In this document: piece by piece, positions 39,874 to 55,552 of the stretch
Layout: each line of letters opens with the position of its first letter
Numbering within the stretch: position 1 is the first letter of the stretch
NCBI RefSeq assembly: GCF_009914755.1
Contig: NC_060926.1
Reading direction: 5' to 3' (one strand)
Source: the human T2T-CHM13v2.0 reference genome, Homo sapiens
Length of the DNA stretch: 64,000 bases
The notes under the pieces: model-generated
The model's input: the letters and a program-made list of their open reading frames with translations, nothing else
Told to the model about the DNA's origin: nothing
Databases searched by the model: none
Position numbers and translations under genes: made by a program

Positions 39874-40277
39874 TAAATGTATGTTCACTCGAATCTTTTT
39901 TTCACTTAGGTAACTTGCTTTCAAAATCTGTATTCTGTTAGGATCCATTAGGTTCTGCTAGGGTACTTAATCAGTAAAATGTGCTGGTGGTTGCCCAGTC
40001 ATGAGTGGTAGGGTTTATGACTCAGCAACAGAAAGTAAGAATAAAGGATGGTAAGGACAGCAATCTCAATGAGTTAGCGTCATTCTTGTGCACAGTAGCC
40101 ACCAAGGCTGACTATTTCCATTCAACCACATTGAGCCCTTTTTACCATTTTCTGAACTGTGTATTGCTTCTTCTTTTTTTTTTAACTTAATGCAGTTAAA
40201 GCAAAGTATATTTGATATTTTAAAAAGTGTTGTAGAGTCTGTTCCCTTACTCGTGTCAGAAACCATCATATTTAAAG

Positions 40278-40585
<308 letters not shown>

Positions 40586-41359
40586 TTACTTTTTTCTGTA
40601 AAATAATTGGGTTACTTTTTGGCTTTACATTTAGTTTCACTGATTTCCTCCAACATTTCTTTCTGGAGTATTATTAGTATATTTGGGATTGAAGACTTGA
40701 AATTAGATATGTATAATATTTAAGATGTTTTGTTTTGTTGATTTACACATTAATGTTATTCTGTTTACCTGCTTTTCTTAATTATAAGACCTGCTTGTTT
40801 ACTTTTGACGTCCTGAAGATTGGGCCATAATTGCTGAGATTTTAAAGGATTCAAGCTAACAGTGGTTCCTTCATGTGTAACTTCTCAGTAAATTTTCAGA
40901 AGATTATACTGCTCTTATGGGACAGCTTCTTAAAACTTCTCATTTAACTAAGACGTTAAATTGACTTTTCAGTTTTTAAACTTGGTACGCTATAGGTGCA
41001 GGAAGCAGAAAAGACCAAAGATGAAGATGGTCCTTGATTATATTTTTATTCTGCCTGACATCTGTAGTTCTTCTCATTTCTTAGCACCTTGATAAGTATC
41101 ATACCTGCAGGAAGTGCTAACAGATAGTATGATGTACATTTGTAGGCTCTTCTGTCAGTTGTGTGCATAAAAGAGGTTGGGTGGCCTTGAGGATTGGGCT
41201 TCTCAAATTTTTAATAGAACCTGCTTATCTGGTTTTCAAAGCACATGGCCGTACTCTTAGCAATTCTAGGCCTTTGAAAAAAGAGTAGAGTTGTCTGCTA
41301 TTCATTTCTCGTCAGAAGTCTATCCAAAAAGTGATAATTAGAGACAACAATCTAAAGAC

Positions 41360-42240
41360 ATGTAGGTCCCCTTCCTTCCACCAAAAACTGCTCACCCCAC
41401 AGTTTTTCCTAGCTTTGTAAATACCAGTTCCATCTTTCTAGTTGTTTATGCCAGAAATTTTTAGTCATTTTTGGAATTATTTTTCCTATATCCACATCGA
41501 GTTATCAGCAGAACTTCTTGACCCTCCCTTAAAAATATAGCTAGAATCTGACGTATCACTTTCATCACTCCCACCCTGGTCCAGGCCACCATCATATCTT
41601 GCCTGGATCATTACAAAAGCCTCCTAATTAGTTCTCCTGCTTCAGTGGTTCTGCTCTCAACAGTCTAATCTCTGTGTAGTTGTTTGTGTCCTTTGAAGGG
41701 TTCGGTCAGATTACAGCAATCCCCAGCTCAACACCTTCTAATGATTTCTTGTCTCACTCAGTAGAAGCCAAAGACTTCACAATTACCTATAAGGTCCTAA
41801 ATGATATTTTTGGTTGCCTCTCTGATCCCATCTCTTAGTACTCACTTCTTTACTCCCACATAGTCATACTGGTCTTGTTAACTGTTGCTGAAACATAGTT
41901 GAAGCACAAGCCTGCTTCAGGTGTTTAAACTTGGACTGTTCTCCCCTTAGATATCTGCATGGCTTGCTCCCTAACTTTCTAAGGTTTATGATCAAATGTT
42001 ACCTTATTAGTGAGGCCTTATCTGACTACCCTATATTTAATAGCCATACCTTTACACTGCTTTGTATTTCTAAGTAGCAGGAATTACCATGCATATTTTC
42101 TGGTTTATTTGCTTGTTATCTGTATCCATTGTGGTGTAAACCCCATAAGGACTAAGACTTTATGTTGCCTGCTTGTCCCAGTAGCTAGGACAGTCCTTGA
42201 TACATAGTGGGTGCTCAGTATATACATGTTGAATTTATTT
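41360..42240 (+). mobile_element. L2 3' fragment
   Basis: ccaccctggtccaggccaccatcat...cctgga; ends gtgctcagtatatacatgttgaat. Confidence 0.75.
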
Positions 42241-42474
42241 TTGTAGGTCCTCAAAGTTATGTCTTTCTGGCAAGTTAGCTCACCAGGAAGTTTCATAGTG
42301 GACCAAATAGCCTTTGTAGGCCTTTTTGAACTATGTTTTAATGTTTTGCTCTAGGTCATTAGAAGAAACAGCCTCATGAAAAGCAATTTTGCATTTGGCA
42401 TATGTCATCTTGTATAATTCAGTAGCCCTTATTAGAGATTCCAGAGGAGAAATGTCTTTTGGAATTTAGTGTAA

Positions 42475-42828
<354 letters not shown>

Positions 42829-44979
42829 AACCTTATTCTTTTTTGAAGGCTATAAATATTCCGTTGATGGATGCGTCACAATTTGTTTTAACCAGTCTTT
42901 TATTGATAGGTATCAAACTATTGATTATTTTGCTGTTATAAATAGGGCTTAAGTGTGAATATCCTTACACATATCTTGTATAATTTTATACATATATGTT
43001 CATATTATGTATTTATAGCAATAACATTTCTAGTTCAAAGGATATGTATGTATAGAATTTTGGTAGACCTTACCAAAGTGCCCTCAAAAGGTCACATTGA
43101 TTGTATATTACAACCAGTGGTTGACTATAAATTGTGTTTTGGATTTTGACTAAGTGTCTTTTTTAAAAAAAAAAAAACAAAAACTTTTATTTTCAGAAGT
43201 TTCTGTTGCTTTGTTTTCAAAAATTCACATGACTAAAACTAGACAATATTTTTTACATTTTCATATGTTCATTTATTTATTCATCTGGTAATCATTATCT
43301 GCCTGTTATGTACCAGGCGCATAACTTCTTTCCTTCCTTTTTTCCCTCCTTTCTTTTTCTCTCCCTCCCTCTCTCTACACCCTGATCTCTGTTCTTTTTT
43401 CTCATGTTAAGATAGTGATACTTGTACATACCTTATAGGGTAAAGTTCTTGTGCAAGTACTTGGCATAGAGTAAGTGCTCAGTAAATATTCACCATTATA
43501 ATTTTTCAGTGAAGTTGTCTTGCTCTCTGCAGTTTTGTTTGCCAGTTCCTTTTTCTGTGGTTTGTTTTGGCTCTGTATTTTGTTTGAGGCTTTCCTCAAG
43601 TATCTATTGATCTCTGCTAACAATTTATAGTTAAGAGTGAGGCTAAAGAGATGAGGGACTTTTTGACATGTGGATGTCACTGTAGATTGATTATATATTG
43701 AGAGGTCATTTTTGTTTGTCACTATTCCTAGCCCACCCCACCCCCAATAAAACCATCAATATGTAGATTTTTTTTCTCCAGAGAGATATCCTGGAGTGAT
43801 ATCCTATGTTTGGGAGCTGAGAGGGAGAGGGATCCTGTGTGAACCTCGATCAGTATGTATACTTACCCTTAACTTTGCCTCTTTCAGAGTGGCACCTCAC
43901 CCAGTGCCCTCTGCTGTTTGGGTCCCTCTAGCTCAGTTTCTCCAAAGAATAAACCTTTGTCTCCTGCTAGACTGGGGGAGGGCTAATTGTCTAATGCTTA
44001 TGTAGACTTTCATCCAGTCCTTTATTTGCTGTCCTGTGTCTCACCTCTGCCTTCTGTGTTACTTGGTGCTTCCAATTTTGGAATCTTCCTAGTTTCTGTG
44101 ATGCAAATGTATTGATTTTCTACTGTGCAAACTCTTAGGTTTCAGCTTCCTCTGCCCTCTGCCCTGCTAAGTCTGCTTTCCATCTTAGAAAAATGGGTTG
44201 ACATCTCTGGTCTGCTTTTGTCTCCTCTGCTCTTCTTAATGTTTTTCTGGGTGTATACCTTTTCTGTTTCTTCATTGTTATTTTAATAGATTTTTTTTTA
44301 AAGGTTGCAGAGATAAATGTGTAAATTTAGTCCTTCATGTTTAACCAGTTATTGATGATCTGGTAATAGTTTTTTTCCTGTGAATTTTTTTTTAAAGTAA
44401 AAAACCCTACCCCTGATACCTTACCCCTTCAAGTGAATTTTTTTGATGTTATGAATTCAATTAATGTATTCAATATGTTGAAACTACATCAAGCTGATTA
44501 AATTTCAGGGTCTTAGAAATCAGGTACAGGCAATTATGTTACGTGTACATATACATATGTGTGCATTTCAAAAATTTCCTACCAGGTAGTCACTAAATTT
44601 ATATATAAAGAATGGGTGCAGTTTTAATTCATTCTTTAGTTCTTAGTTTTCACATAAGAATACATTTGCCTCCTCATTTTAGCAATTGGAGTTGCTCAGC
44701 AAATGAGAAATCTTTATATTCTCTCAGAAATTGGAAATATAGTATTTAATGTGTCACCATCATCAAAAGTTGATTGTATCACTTGCAGGGTTTTTGGACA
44801 CTGTGCTATTATGCAGGTTTTTAAAAATAATGTTTGCTATAATCACTTTCAGATGATGTCAGCCTCTCTTGCTAAGGTCTCCTTTATGTACTGATTACTG
44901 TTGTTATATATCCATGCTGTCTGATAGACATCCAGTAGACATCATCACATCACACTGTGAAGATGGAAGTGTTCTAAAT

Positions 44980-45135
44980 CTGTGCTGTTCAATAAATACA
45001 GTAGCCACTAGCCACACGTGCCTGTTGAGCACTTGAAATGTGGCTAGTGTGACTAGGGAACTGAATTTAAAATTTTATTCAAACATTAATTAAGGAGCCA
45101 CATGTGACTAGTGGCTACCATATTGGACAGCATAG
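44980..45135. mobile_element. MER3-like hAT element
   Basis: ctgtgctgttcaata...gtagccactagccac...gtggctaccatattggacagc. Confidence 0.8.
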
Positions 45136-45567
45136 TTATAAAACGTTATTCTGATAGGATGTGCTAAGTGTTTTATTCAAATTATTTTATGTTGTTATTC
45201 ATTTAAATTAGTTTGGAATAAAGTATTCAACCGAGGAATAAGAGTTAGCTGAGTTGTTCCAAGTTCATTATTCATTATTATAATTTGAAATACATTTTTC
45301 TTTGACTTCCATAAGAATAAAAATATGCAGATTGCTATTTCCGAATTGAAAAGAAAATATATTTTAGATGAGTGTGCCATGCCAGTTATTTGGAGTATTT
45401 TTTGTGCTGATAAGATATTGAAAGTCAAAGCGGAAGGTGACAGTGAGCCTCTCCAGTGTTTTCTTCCATCTTTCAAGAGAAAGGGGAAATACTGTTTGAG
45501 TCAAACCTTGCTATTGTTTTAGGGTGTTTACATTATTGAAGATAGTCATGGTGATGTTTTGGCTTTG

Positions 45568-46100
<533 letters not shown>

Positions 46101-46298
46101 GCCTGTTTTTGCATTTTTAAAGTTTGGATGAAAATGCTTTGTGACATCAAACTTTTTTGTGAACTACAGATTAATTGACTAACTAGAATTATGCTATCAG
46201 TTGAGGTCTGTAGTAAGTTGAGTGTCATTTAATTGGTAAAATTGTCAGTTAGTTTTTATAAAAAAATAAAAAGCATGGGACTAAGAAGCATGGGTTTT

Positions 46299-46383
46299 GG
46301 GAGTTGAAGGTTGCATTGAGCTGAGATTGTGCCACTGCACTCCAGCCTGGGCGACAGAGTGAAATTGTGTCTCAAAAAAAAAA
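46299..46383 (+). mobile_element. 5'-truncated Alu (about 85 bp) with TSD
   Basis: aggttgcattgagctgagattgtgccactgcactccagcc...A tail; TSD AAGAAGCAT(G/A)GGTTT. Confidence 0.85.
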
Positions 46384-46814
46384 GAAGCATAGGTTTGATT
46401 GCAGAACATTACAATTCTGCTTTTATTTTAAGTGAAATACAGCATTTTGGAATATTAATTAGCATAGTTACCACTACGCATGTAGTTTAGCAAAATATAC
46501 TATATTTACTATTTTATACAATATTATTATTAACAGTTGAATATTATTCAGGCCTTTGAGAAGATATATTAAACAGTTATTTCAAACTCTTTTTTGTTCT
46601 ACTGAAGGCCTCAATCCCTTCTTAGTTTTTCATTCTCAGCAAAAGATTTCTCCTTCTATTTCGTAAAATATGAGCACTCACATTCTTGTTCTTTCTTATC
46701 AACTTTCAGTCATCATCACTGATTCCCCACCACCTCTTGCATTACAGTGGAAAAAGTGTCCTGTTCTGACAAAAACAGATCTCTCCAGCTAAGGTCTTAC
46801 TTCCTCCCTTTTTA

Positions 46815-47124
46815 CTTATTCTTTTTTTTTTTTTTTTTGAGACAGGGTCTTGTTGTATTGCCCAGGCTGGAGTGCAGTGGTGTGATCATGGCTTACTGCA
46901 GCCTTGACCTCCCAGGTTCAAGCAATCTTCCCACCTCAGCCTCTTGAGTAGCTGAGACTAAAGGTGTGCACCACCATGCCCAGCTAATTCTTTAAACTCT
47001 TTTGTAGGAATGGGTTCTCCCTATGTTTTCTAAGCTGGTCTTGAACTCCTGGCCTCAAGTGGTCCTTTTGCCTTGGCCTCCTCAAAAGTGCTGAGATTAC
47101 AGGTGTGAGCCACTGCTTCTGGCC
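46815..47124 (-). mobile_element. Alu (J-like)
   Basis: Full dimer, reverse orientation. Confidence 0.93.
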
Positions 47125-49517
47125 ACATGGATCTTGTATATCAGTTATTTCACTTGTTTTATGTAATTTCAGCCTATCTCCATTATTTTTTTTCTCTTTG
47201 TGTTTTAATAAGCTCCACTCTTCTTCATATGTAATAGAAGGGAGGCAACTCTTCTCCTCCCTTCTTCCTTGTTTTCAGATCCAGGCTTTTTGAAAGAACT
47301 GTTTATATTCATTTTCTCTAATTCTTTCCATGCAAGCCATGCTTTGACATGATTTTGATGCATGCTGAAGTTTGAGAATCACCACCCTACCCTATCTTTG
47401 TGGGTCAGTCAGGAAGCTCACTATTATTGCTATGAATTGGAATCACTGGTTATAGGTTTTAAAGGACCGTTAGTTTCCACTTAAATAGACACAGAAGAAT
47501 CAACTTCTGGTGGGGCAGGATGGTGTTTAAACTTAGAAATCATAACTGTAGGTGAATTAATTAAGATTGGATTTGGCAGTGAGTGACAGAAACCCAATAT
47601 AGTGGTAGCTTAAAAAGGTAGTTCACTTCTCGGACAAACACGGGTAATCCAGGTTTGGTGACTACATGATTATCAAGAACCTGGGCCCCTTTACTCTTGT
47701 TGCTCTACCATTTCTAACACTCAGCTGCTACTTCATGGTTCTGTTTGGCTGCTATAGCTATAGCCATCCTTTTTACATTCTAGTCAACAGGGAGGAAAAA
47801 GAGGAGATACTTTCTCCTTTTAAAGAAACTTCCCAGCAGTTGTCCAGAACTTTTAGTCCAGTTGGCCATACCCAGTTGTAAGGGAGCCCGGAAAATAAGT
47901 TTTTATTTTAGGCAGCCTTGTGTGCAGATAGTTTCTACCACTGTAGGGAAAGGAGAGAACATATGTGGCAGGGATAACAGCCTCTACCAGGATAAGCTCT
48001 TGGGAGCTTTGAATGGCTCAATCAGTAAACAATATTGCTTATTATAAGTAGTGCACTATGAAAGATGAATTGTGGGAAAATGAGGGAGATTGGGGGAAGG
48101 AGAACAGAATTGAAAAAAAAAATTAAAAATCTCCCCCTTGCTTTTCTAAGAGATGCCATTTACTTGAGGAGATCAGACATGCATACATAAGTTACAGAGC
48201 AATGTAAGAATCAGAGGATGCAATTAGTGGGGGAATCAGACTCACGTGGGATTTATTTTTGGAGGCAGGCATCTCTAAAGGACTGGAGTTTTGAGAAAAC
48301 AGAAGAGAATTGACATACTTTTGGGTAAATGGAGTTCTTTGTACAAGATATTAATCACTGTTTTGTACCCTTAACACTTAAGAGTCTTAACACTTATTTC
48401 TAATGTAGAGTTGAGGAAGGAATTATAATAAACCTATGAGAAATCTCTGTTGAGTAAAATGATAAATAATATCCTTGTTAATTTATTAATTTATCTTATC
48501 TTACTTTTGACAGCTATTTATAGTACTTTCAATTTCAAAATAGACAAAAGGTTTGTCTTCCAATTTGTATGTGGTAATTAGAACCATTGTAACTTATGAC
48601 CTCCCCAATTGAATAACTGAATTATTTTATAGAAATAACATAGTAAATTTTGTGAATAGAGAAAAAGAAGCCAAGAAGTCATAGAAGAGAGAACAAGGGG
48701 AGTGGACTTTGAGTATTGTAAAAAACAGTGGGTTTGGCAGAGTTCACTGGTGTCTTAAAAACATTTAAAAATGAATTAGTGTGATCTAGTAATAGAGTTT
48801 TGCATTTTTTTACTTAATATTATAATGTGTACATTTTTTCTTGATGTAAAATTTTTTCTAAAGCATGAGTTTTAAAATTGATTGTGTATAGCATTCCATA
48901 GTTTGGATTTACTATAATGATTTACCCCATACCCTTATTATTAGACATTTAAATTGCTTATAACATTTTTGTAACTATGAGCAAAGATAAACAATTTAAG
49001 TCTTTAAAAAGTGAATTCGTGAGCACAGAAACTACATGTTGGAATATAGGGTATTACTGGAGAGAACTTTGAGGTAGCAGAGATAGTATTTTGAGTTTTC
49101 CTCTAAAATGAGGAAGATGATGATCCTATAGAAAATAGTGGAATGAAGCAATTAATAGCTTATAAAATTTGGACTTTAGTCATCTACTTAAGAAAATTAA
49201 AGCTATATATATAGTATTGCTGGTTTACATAAACTAATACAGTAACATAAATGTGGATAATTTACATTTTATTCCTTAGGTATACATACATACTTTAAGT
49301 TTCATGTATTTACTGATGTCTAAATCATACTGATTTTTAAGTAGTGACATGACATTTTTGTTTGGAAAACAAATCCTTCACTTTAAATTGGTTCATTGTT
49401 TTCTATTAGAGTTTTGTAGTATGAAACTATTCAGTTTAGAAAAGAAATGCATACAAATTTCTGTTCAAATATGCATATGCTTTTTACTGGGCTTATTGTA
49501 TGTATCTTGATTTACAG

Positions 49518-49590
49518 GCCTTTTTGCAAATGTGTAACTTGCCTATCAAAGTAGTTTGTAGGGCAAATGCAGAATATATGTCTCCATCTG
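49518..49590 (+). CDS. MTX2: Metaxin-2 coding exon 4 (73 nt; [24 protein letters not shown](G))
   Basis: tttacag| ... CTG|gtaagt; contains the metaxin/GST-N-like NAEYMSPSG(KVP) motif. Confidence 0.97.
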
Positions 49591-52500
49591 GTAAGTGTGT
49601 TTTTTTTTCTTCTCTGTTAATATTATGGAGTGATAAAATTATAGTGATAGTCCAGTTTGTATCTACATGTTAAAATGCCTGATTTTTTTTGTTTACCCTT
49701 TGAAGAATCTTTCCATGGTTTTAGAAAGTAACAATTGCAAATTTGACAATCTTGGGGTTGGCATATCTATTCATTTCAACTGTGATCAGAGATGGTTACT
49801 GACGTGTGGAAATGGTTTTAATAGTAAGGGAATTGTTTTAAATAGTAAATGTTAAGGAAATACATGATCTCAGATTTCCCTAGTCTTAATGTACATAAGA
49901 CTTTCCTGTTGAGAAAACAAATTTTAGTAATAATGAATCCATTTATTATTCCACACATCTTTCTTAATTATATTCTCCCATAATACAGCTGGAAGAAGAG
50001 AGATTGTAGAAAAATTAATTTGTCGTTAGATCTTGAAGTCATCACTGAATGTTTTTGGTTTCTAATTATTTTTTCTAATGCTTAATTTTAACAGGTTTTG
50101 AGATGCTTTAGCTTCCTATTTTTTAAAATCAGTATTATCTTTATGTCAGTAGATTAAATTACTGTTTTAAATAAATAATTCAAAATTTTTAATATAAAAA
50201 TGTGCTACAAAGCTGATAAATAAATGTTATATATAATTATCATGGATGATTATTGTAATTATGGTTTTGTTGGAGCAATAATACGTAGAATTACTCCTTT
50301 TTGAATAAATTATTAAGTATAACTGATTGGTATAAGTGTGTAACATTGCTTTTTAGGGAGACATTTTTCATTTTGATATGATAATTTAGGAGTGACTTGT
50401 GTTAAATTTTTTTTTTCCACCTTAAGTTTTTAAGGGTGGTAGAAATTGTTAAAAGGTATGAAGACACCCCTTCTGTACATAATGTTCTTTTATATAAATA
50501 CCTGGTTTTAGAGGTTTATGAATATACATTTAGAAAACATTTCCATAAAATAATTTCTAGGCTTGTAAATGTAAACATATTTTAGATTCTTGGAGGGCAT
50601 TCATTGACTCATTTTTGTGTTGGTTTTATACGTAGATTTTAGGAACTACAGAGTTCTGGTGAAATAAGTTATGTTGTGTTTTGTCCATCCTTTTCCTCTA
50701 TGTAGTCATACAAACAGTTTGTATATTTATGTAAAAAGGTTAGAAGGTTAGTAATCTAATGCTAAAGTTCAGATCTTTGGCAAGTGAGATATCAATATAG
50801 TTTATCTACCTGTTTCCTAAAATTACTATACTTAGTGTCATTTAGGTAGATACCTATTTTCTTTTTATTAGATTGCGCGAAAGACAAACATAAATATTCT
50901 AGAGACATACAAAAATATACATTCTTTCATAGGAGTCTCCTATAGGTAGATGAAAATGGCACTTTCTACTAAGATATTTAAACTTTATCATATCTCAGAT
51001 TGGTATTCTCTTTCATTTAATGATTTGAGGTGATAGGGAAATGTTTTTTATTGTATTTGCTTCTTTGATCTTGCGGTAGATTTTTAAAGCAGAGAGCATG
51101 GACTAGTCAGAAGACCAGTTGACTTAAACTCTTATTTCCTAAAGAGTTAGGAAATCTTTAACTAATCCTTCTGTGACTTTGTCACATATTAACTATTTCC
51201 TTGAGAAATTTCACTTCTCTGAGCCTCAGTGACTTCATCTGTAATATAAGGTAGCCGGATTAGATGACATCCAAGGTCCTATTTCTTGCATTCTTTGAAT
51301 CTGCCAACTTGTTTGGCAACATATTCTTGCTTTCTTTAGAATAAAAATTTTAAAAGTGATTATTCTGTCTAAGACGGTAAACAAAGCCCTCAGTTTTCTT
51401 ATATGACCTTTGATTCGCACCAGAAAATAACTGTCTTACTGTGTTTTTGCCTGATACCTGCAATAATAAGGATATAACATTGGCTCCATTTTCATTAAGC
51501 AGGCTAGTGACAGAAAACATTATTCACTTCTAATTTGTTGTGTTTGTTTTTATATATCTCTTTATATTTAGAGATATATAAGATTAATACTCAGTTGACT
51601 ATCCACACTTCTTTTTGCTTCAGAATTGACAACGCTCAATGTATTTTTAAGAAAAGAAAAAAAATACAAACCCTTTTTTCCAAGAACCTGAAACTGGTCA
51701 TTAAAAACAAGGAATATGCTTTGCTCTAAAAATATTATACCCCCAAATACTGTTTGTCTAGGTACTAAATAGTTTTCATTCTCAGATCATTTGATCTCAG
51801 GGGACCTGTAATAATTCTGGTAGTATAGTAGTTACAAAGATTTTATCCCGAGTTAAGAAAACAATGTGGCCTAATGCTTAACCAGATAAAAAAATTTTTT
51901 TTTGCAAGATTTATAAAGCAGTAGAAGGAAGGAATGCAGAATTGGCAACAGGGAAATATCTTCTCAATACATCTATTGAGTTGTTGTGTTCCAAAAGGCC
52001 TGCCTTTTCTTTGTAATGCATGTTGTCCTATGGATGCAGTTGAAGCTTTTGTTAGGCCTCTGTACTTCATCCATTACCCCCAGGCTGACGGAGCCAGAGA
52101 GGAGTGAATCTATTGAAAAGGAACAGGAAGAAGCCTGCTGTTAGTGTGAACTCTATTTGAACTAGGTGTGACAGCAGGTTTCATTCTTTAGCATTTGGAG
52201 TAGACCCTTCTTGCTATTTGGAGATTATTTTGTTCTCTCATCTCTAATAATTCCAAGTATTAGTATTTGTTAAAGTGAAATATTTCTTTTTTAATGTGAC
52301 ATTTATCTATAGAAGCTAGTTTTTATAAACATACTATTATTTTTTCCCACATGTTGGGAACATACTCTGTATTACAACTCACCAACTAGCATGCCTTCAA
52401 AGATTGTTAATTCTTTTAATTCTTGCTATTTTGAGTTAAAGAGATTTATTGATATACAATTACTTGCTTAAAATGTTGATCTCAATGGGTATCAAAGACT

Positions 52501-52950
52501 TAAAAGATGTAAAAAGGTTTTTTAAATGTAGTTTACAATATAGATTGATTCACTGTACTCTGAAAAGAAAGCTTACATTTCTTTGAAATATATCAGTGGT
52601 CATGTACCAGTGTCCTGGCTTGGTTCATGTAATTTGGATAATTAGTGTTTGCTGCTATATGGTGATATGTTTGTGTTGGCTCTGAAAAGAGAATGTTATG
52701 TGATCTGTTATTATATCTAAGTGAGAACTCTAGAAATGAATTTACCTGTTCTTTTTTTCTAAAGTTGGTTAGTAATCAGTTTAAAAACTTACAGAATTTA
52801 ATATACACATCTGACAAAAATTTTCAAAAGTTACAGTTTTATGAAATCCCTATTTATAAATACCTGAGTTTTGTGTTAATTTTTTTTAATTATCACAAAC
52901 TTTAACATACTGGAAGTATTTTTATAAATACTTTTTTTTTCTCTCAACAG

Positions 52951-53027
52951 GTAAAGTACCTTTTATTCATGTGGGAAATCAAGTAGTATCAGAACTTGGT
53001 CCAATAGTCCAATTTGTTAAAGCCAAG
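52951..53027 (+). CDS. MTX2: Metaxin-2 coding exon 5 (77 nt; (G)[25 protein letters not shown])
   Basis: Long pyrimidine tract ttttctctcaacag| ... AAG|gtaata; phase 1-0. Confidence 0.97.
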
Positions 53028-54418
53028 GTAATAAAAAGATATTAAATGTATTTGATCAGTTACCAAGTCATTCATCATTCTTTAATGTGTCTTAACATTT
53101 ACATTGATTTCAACCTAGTTTTATAAAATGCCAATGCAAACTACTGGAAAATATTTCTGAAGTGTAAGTTAGTATTTTTTCATGATATAATGGCAAAAGA
53201 GGTAGCTTTTTTTCCTCTATTAATGTCAAATTTATTAAAGGTATGTAATTTTAATATCTAGTCTAAAGAGATGGTTTGATCTTTACAAAATGGTAGATAA
53301 TTTTCTAACTTATGCTTACTACAACTGTGGTCATAAATGAAAAACTATTAGGTTTTGAAGTGTCTGGCTGACCTTTGAAAAGGGAGATACAGGATTTGTT
53401 TGAAGTTGAATGTATTTATCCATTTGAATGATTCTGCTTTTCATTTATTCAGTTTAGATTTTAATAGTTATTAAGGAACAACTCCCATTAGTGTTTCTGA
53501 AAAATCATTCCAGACTTTTTGAATATATAGAAAAACCTAGATCATACTAGTGTGTATTATTTTGCAACATACCTTTTAAAATCATAAATATGTTTGGAAA
53601 TTCTTCCATATTAATAGCTGTAGGTATATATCATCCTTTCACATTGTTGTATTCTGCTGTATTGGAGATATATATATATCTCCAAAATATATATATATAT
53701 TATTTTTTTTTTCTTCAACACCCTCCCCCTGTATTGGATAAATTAGAATTTTATTTACTCAAGTTTATTGTTGGGCTTTTAGGTCATGGCCAATTTTTTG
53801 TTTTTATAGAGTACTAAGATAAATTTTCTTATATATACATCTTTGTATAAATTCCTAAGGTTGGTATTGGTACCTTAGGATAAATTCCTGAGAGTGGTAT
53901 TAGGATGTCATAGGTTATGTACTTTTTAAATCTTGTAATAGATTGCCAGATTGAACTAAAGGTTATATCATTTTATGTATCTCCTAGTAACTATAGAGTA
54001 TTAGAATTTTAAAATAAGTGGGTTTCTCCCCCCATATCTTTACAAACGTATTTTTTTCATCTTTGACCACTTTATAAACAGCACATGTCAGTCTTTTGGC
54101 ATTTCCTTTATTTCTAAATAAGGTTAATCTCTTAAACAAGGTTTGCTGACCATTCTGTTTTCTTCTTTTGTGAAGTAGTTGATAGTGTAATTTTCTCTAT
54201 TGAAAGATACATTTGTATAATGACAAGTAAGTACATACTAATATTTTGTAGTGATAGCAGAGTATTATTTATGCTTTTATATAAAATAATTTTTAGGGGG
54301 CATTTTGGACGTTTAATTCATTGTATAGTTGCATGTTACGTTATTTGTTAGTGAGATAACTGAAAGTTTTTGTATATTTAATATGATGTTCTTTTAAATT
54401 TTTTTAAATTCCCTTTAG

Positions 54419-54511
54419 GGCCATTCTCTTAGTGATGGGCTGGAGGAAGTCCAAAAAGCAGAAATGAAAGCTTACATGGAATTAGTCAACAATATGCTGT
54501 TGACTGCAGAG
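54419..54511 (+). CDS. MTX2: Metaxin-2 coding exon 6 (93 nt; [31 protein letters not shown])
   Basis: ccctttag| ... GAG|gtaaaa; phase 0-0. Confidence 0.97.
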
Positions 54512-54999
54512 GTAAAATACTAGATGATACGGCTTGAAAATAAGCTTTTTCTCTCATTCTCATAAAATATAATCTTTCTTATGGGTTAAAGTTATTGAGA
54601 AATGGGAAAATAGTCAAGTAATTCTAGAGTTGAGTTGGCTACCTAAATTATTTGATTATTACCTTTGAACAAGTTACCTGACATTTTCAGTTCTAGTTTT
54701 TCTGTTTATAAAAAGGAGTGATTCTTGCCTACTCATTATTTTACTTTGGCCTTTTGAAATTTGCTTAAATAATATCTGTAAAACACTTTAATGGTATTTA
54801 GACATGTATTGTGTGAATAAAAAATATTTTTATAACGTACCATCATTACATTTTTGTGGATAGCAGCTAAGAAAAACAAACCGCTACATGTGTGACTTAT
54901 GAAATTAGCTTATAAAAAATTGCCTTGGCAAAAAATAACTTTCTTTATCCTTTTCCTCTTTGGTATTCTAAAGTTTAGTGACTGTTCTTTTGTTCCTAG

Positions 55000-55038
55000 C
55001 TGTATCTTCAGTGGTGTGATGAAGCTACAGTAGGGGAG
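55000..55038 (+). CDS. MTX2: Metaxin-2 coding exon 7 (39 nt; LYLQWCDEATVGE)
   Basis: ttttgttcctag| ... GAG|gtgagt; phase 0-0. Confidence 0.96.
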
Positions 55039-55426
55039 GTGAGTGGTTCTGTAACATTTATCTTAATTAAAATTTAATGAGAAAACACTTTTGCTCAGAA
55101 TCGCAAGTCCCTGCTCATAAATGAAACATTGTGGTTTATACCATTAGTGATATAGTTTTTCACTTACTTTAATTTTGCTTGCACATAACATTTTAGGGAA
55201 GCTATGTGTCATTGTTTGATATAACGGGTTGCAAAGTACATAAAAGTTTATATATTTTTAAAGGGAATGGCTTAAAATTTTAATTTTTTAGATTGCAGGA
55301 TGTGTATTTTTTTCAGATTGCTCTATTTATGTTCTCTGAAAATATATTTCTTTTAGAATTCTATTTGTAAAAACGGGCATTGTTTTTAGGAAGGATCACC
55401 TTTTTTACAAAATCTTTTTACTTTAG

Positions 55427-55552
55427 ATCACTCATGCTAGGTATGGATCTCCTTACCCTTGGCCTCTGAATCATATTTTGGCCTATCAAAAACAGTGGGA
55501 AGTCAAACGTAAGATGAAAGCTATTGGATGGGGAAAGAAGACTCTGGACCAG
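55427..55552 (+). CDS. MTX2: Metaxin-2 coding exon 8 (126 nt; [42 protein letters not shown])
   Basis: tttttactttag| ... CAG|gtcagt; phase 0-0. Confidence 0.97.
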
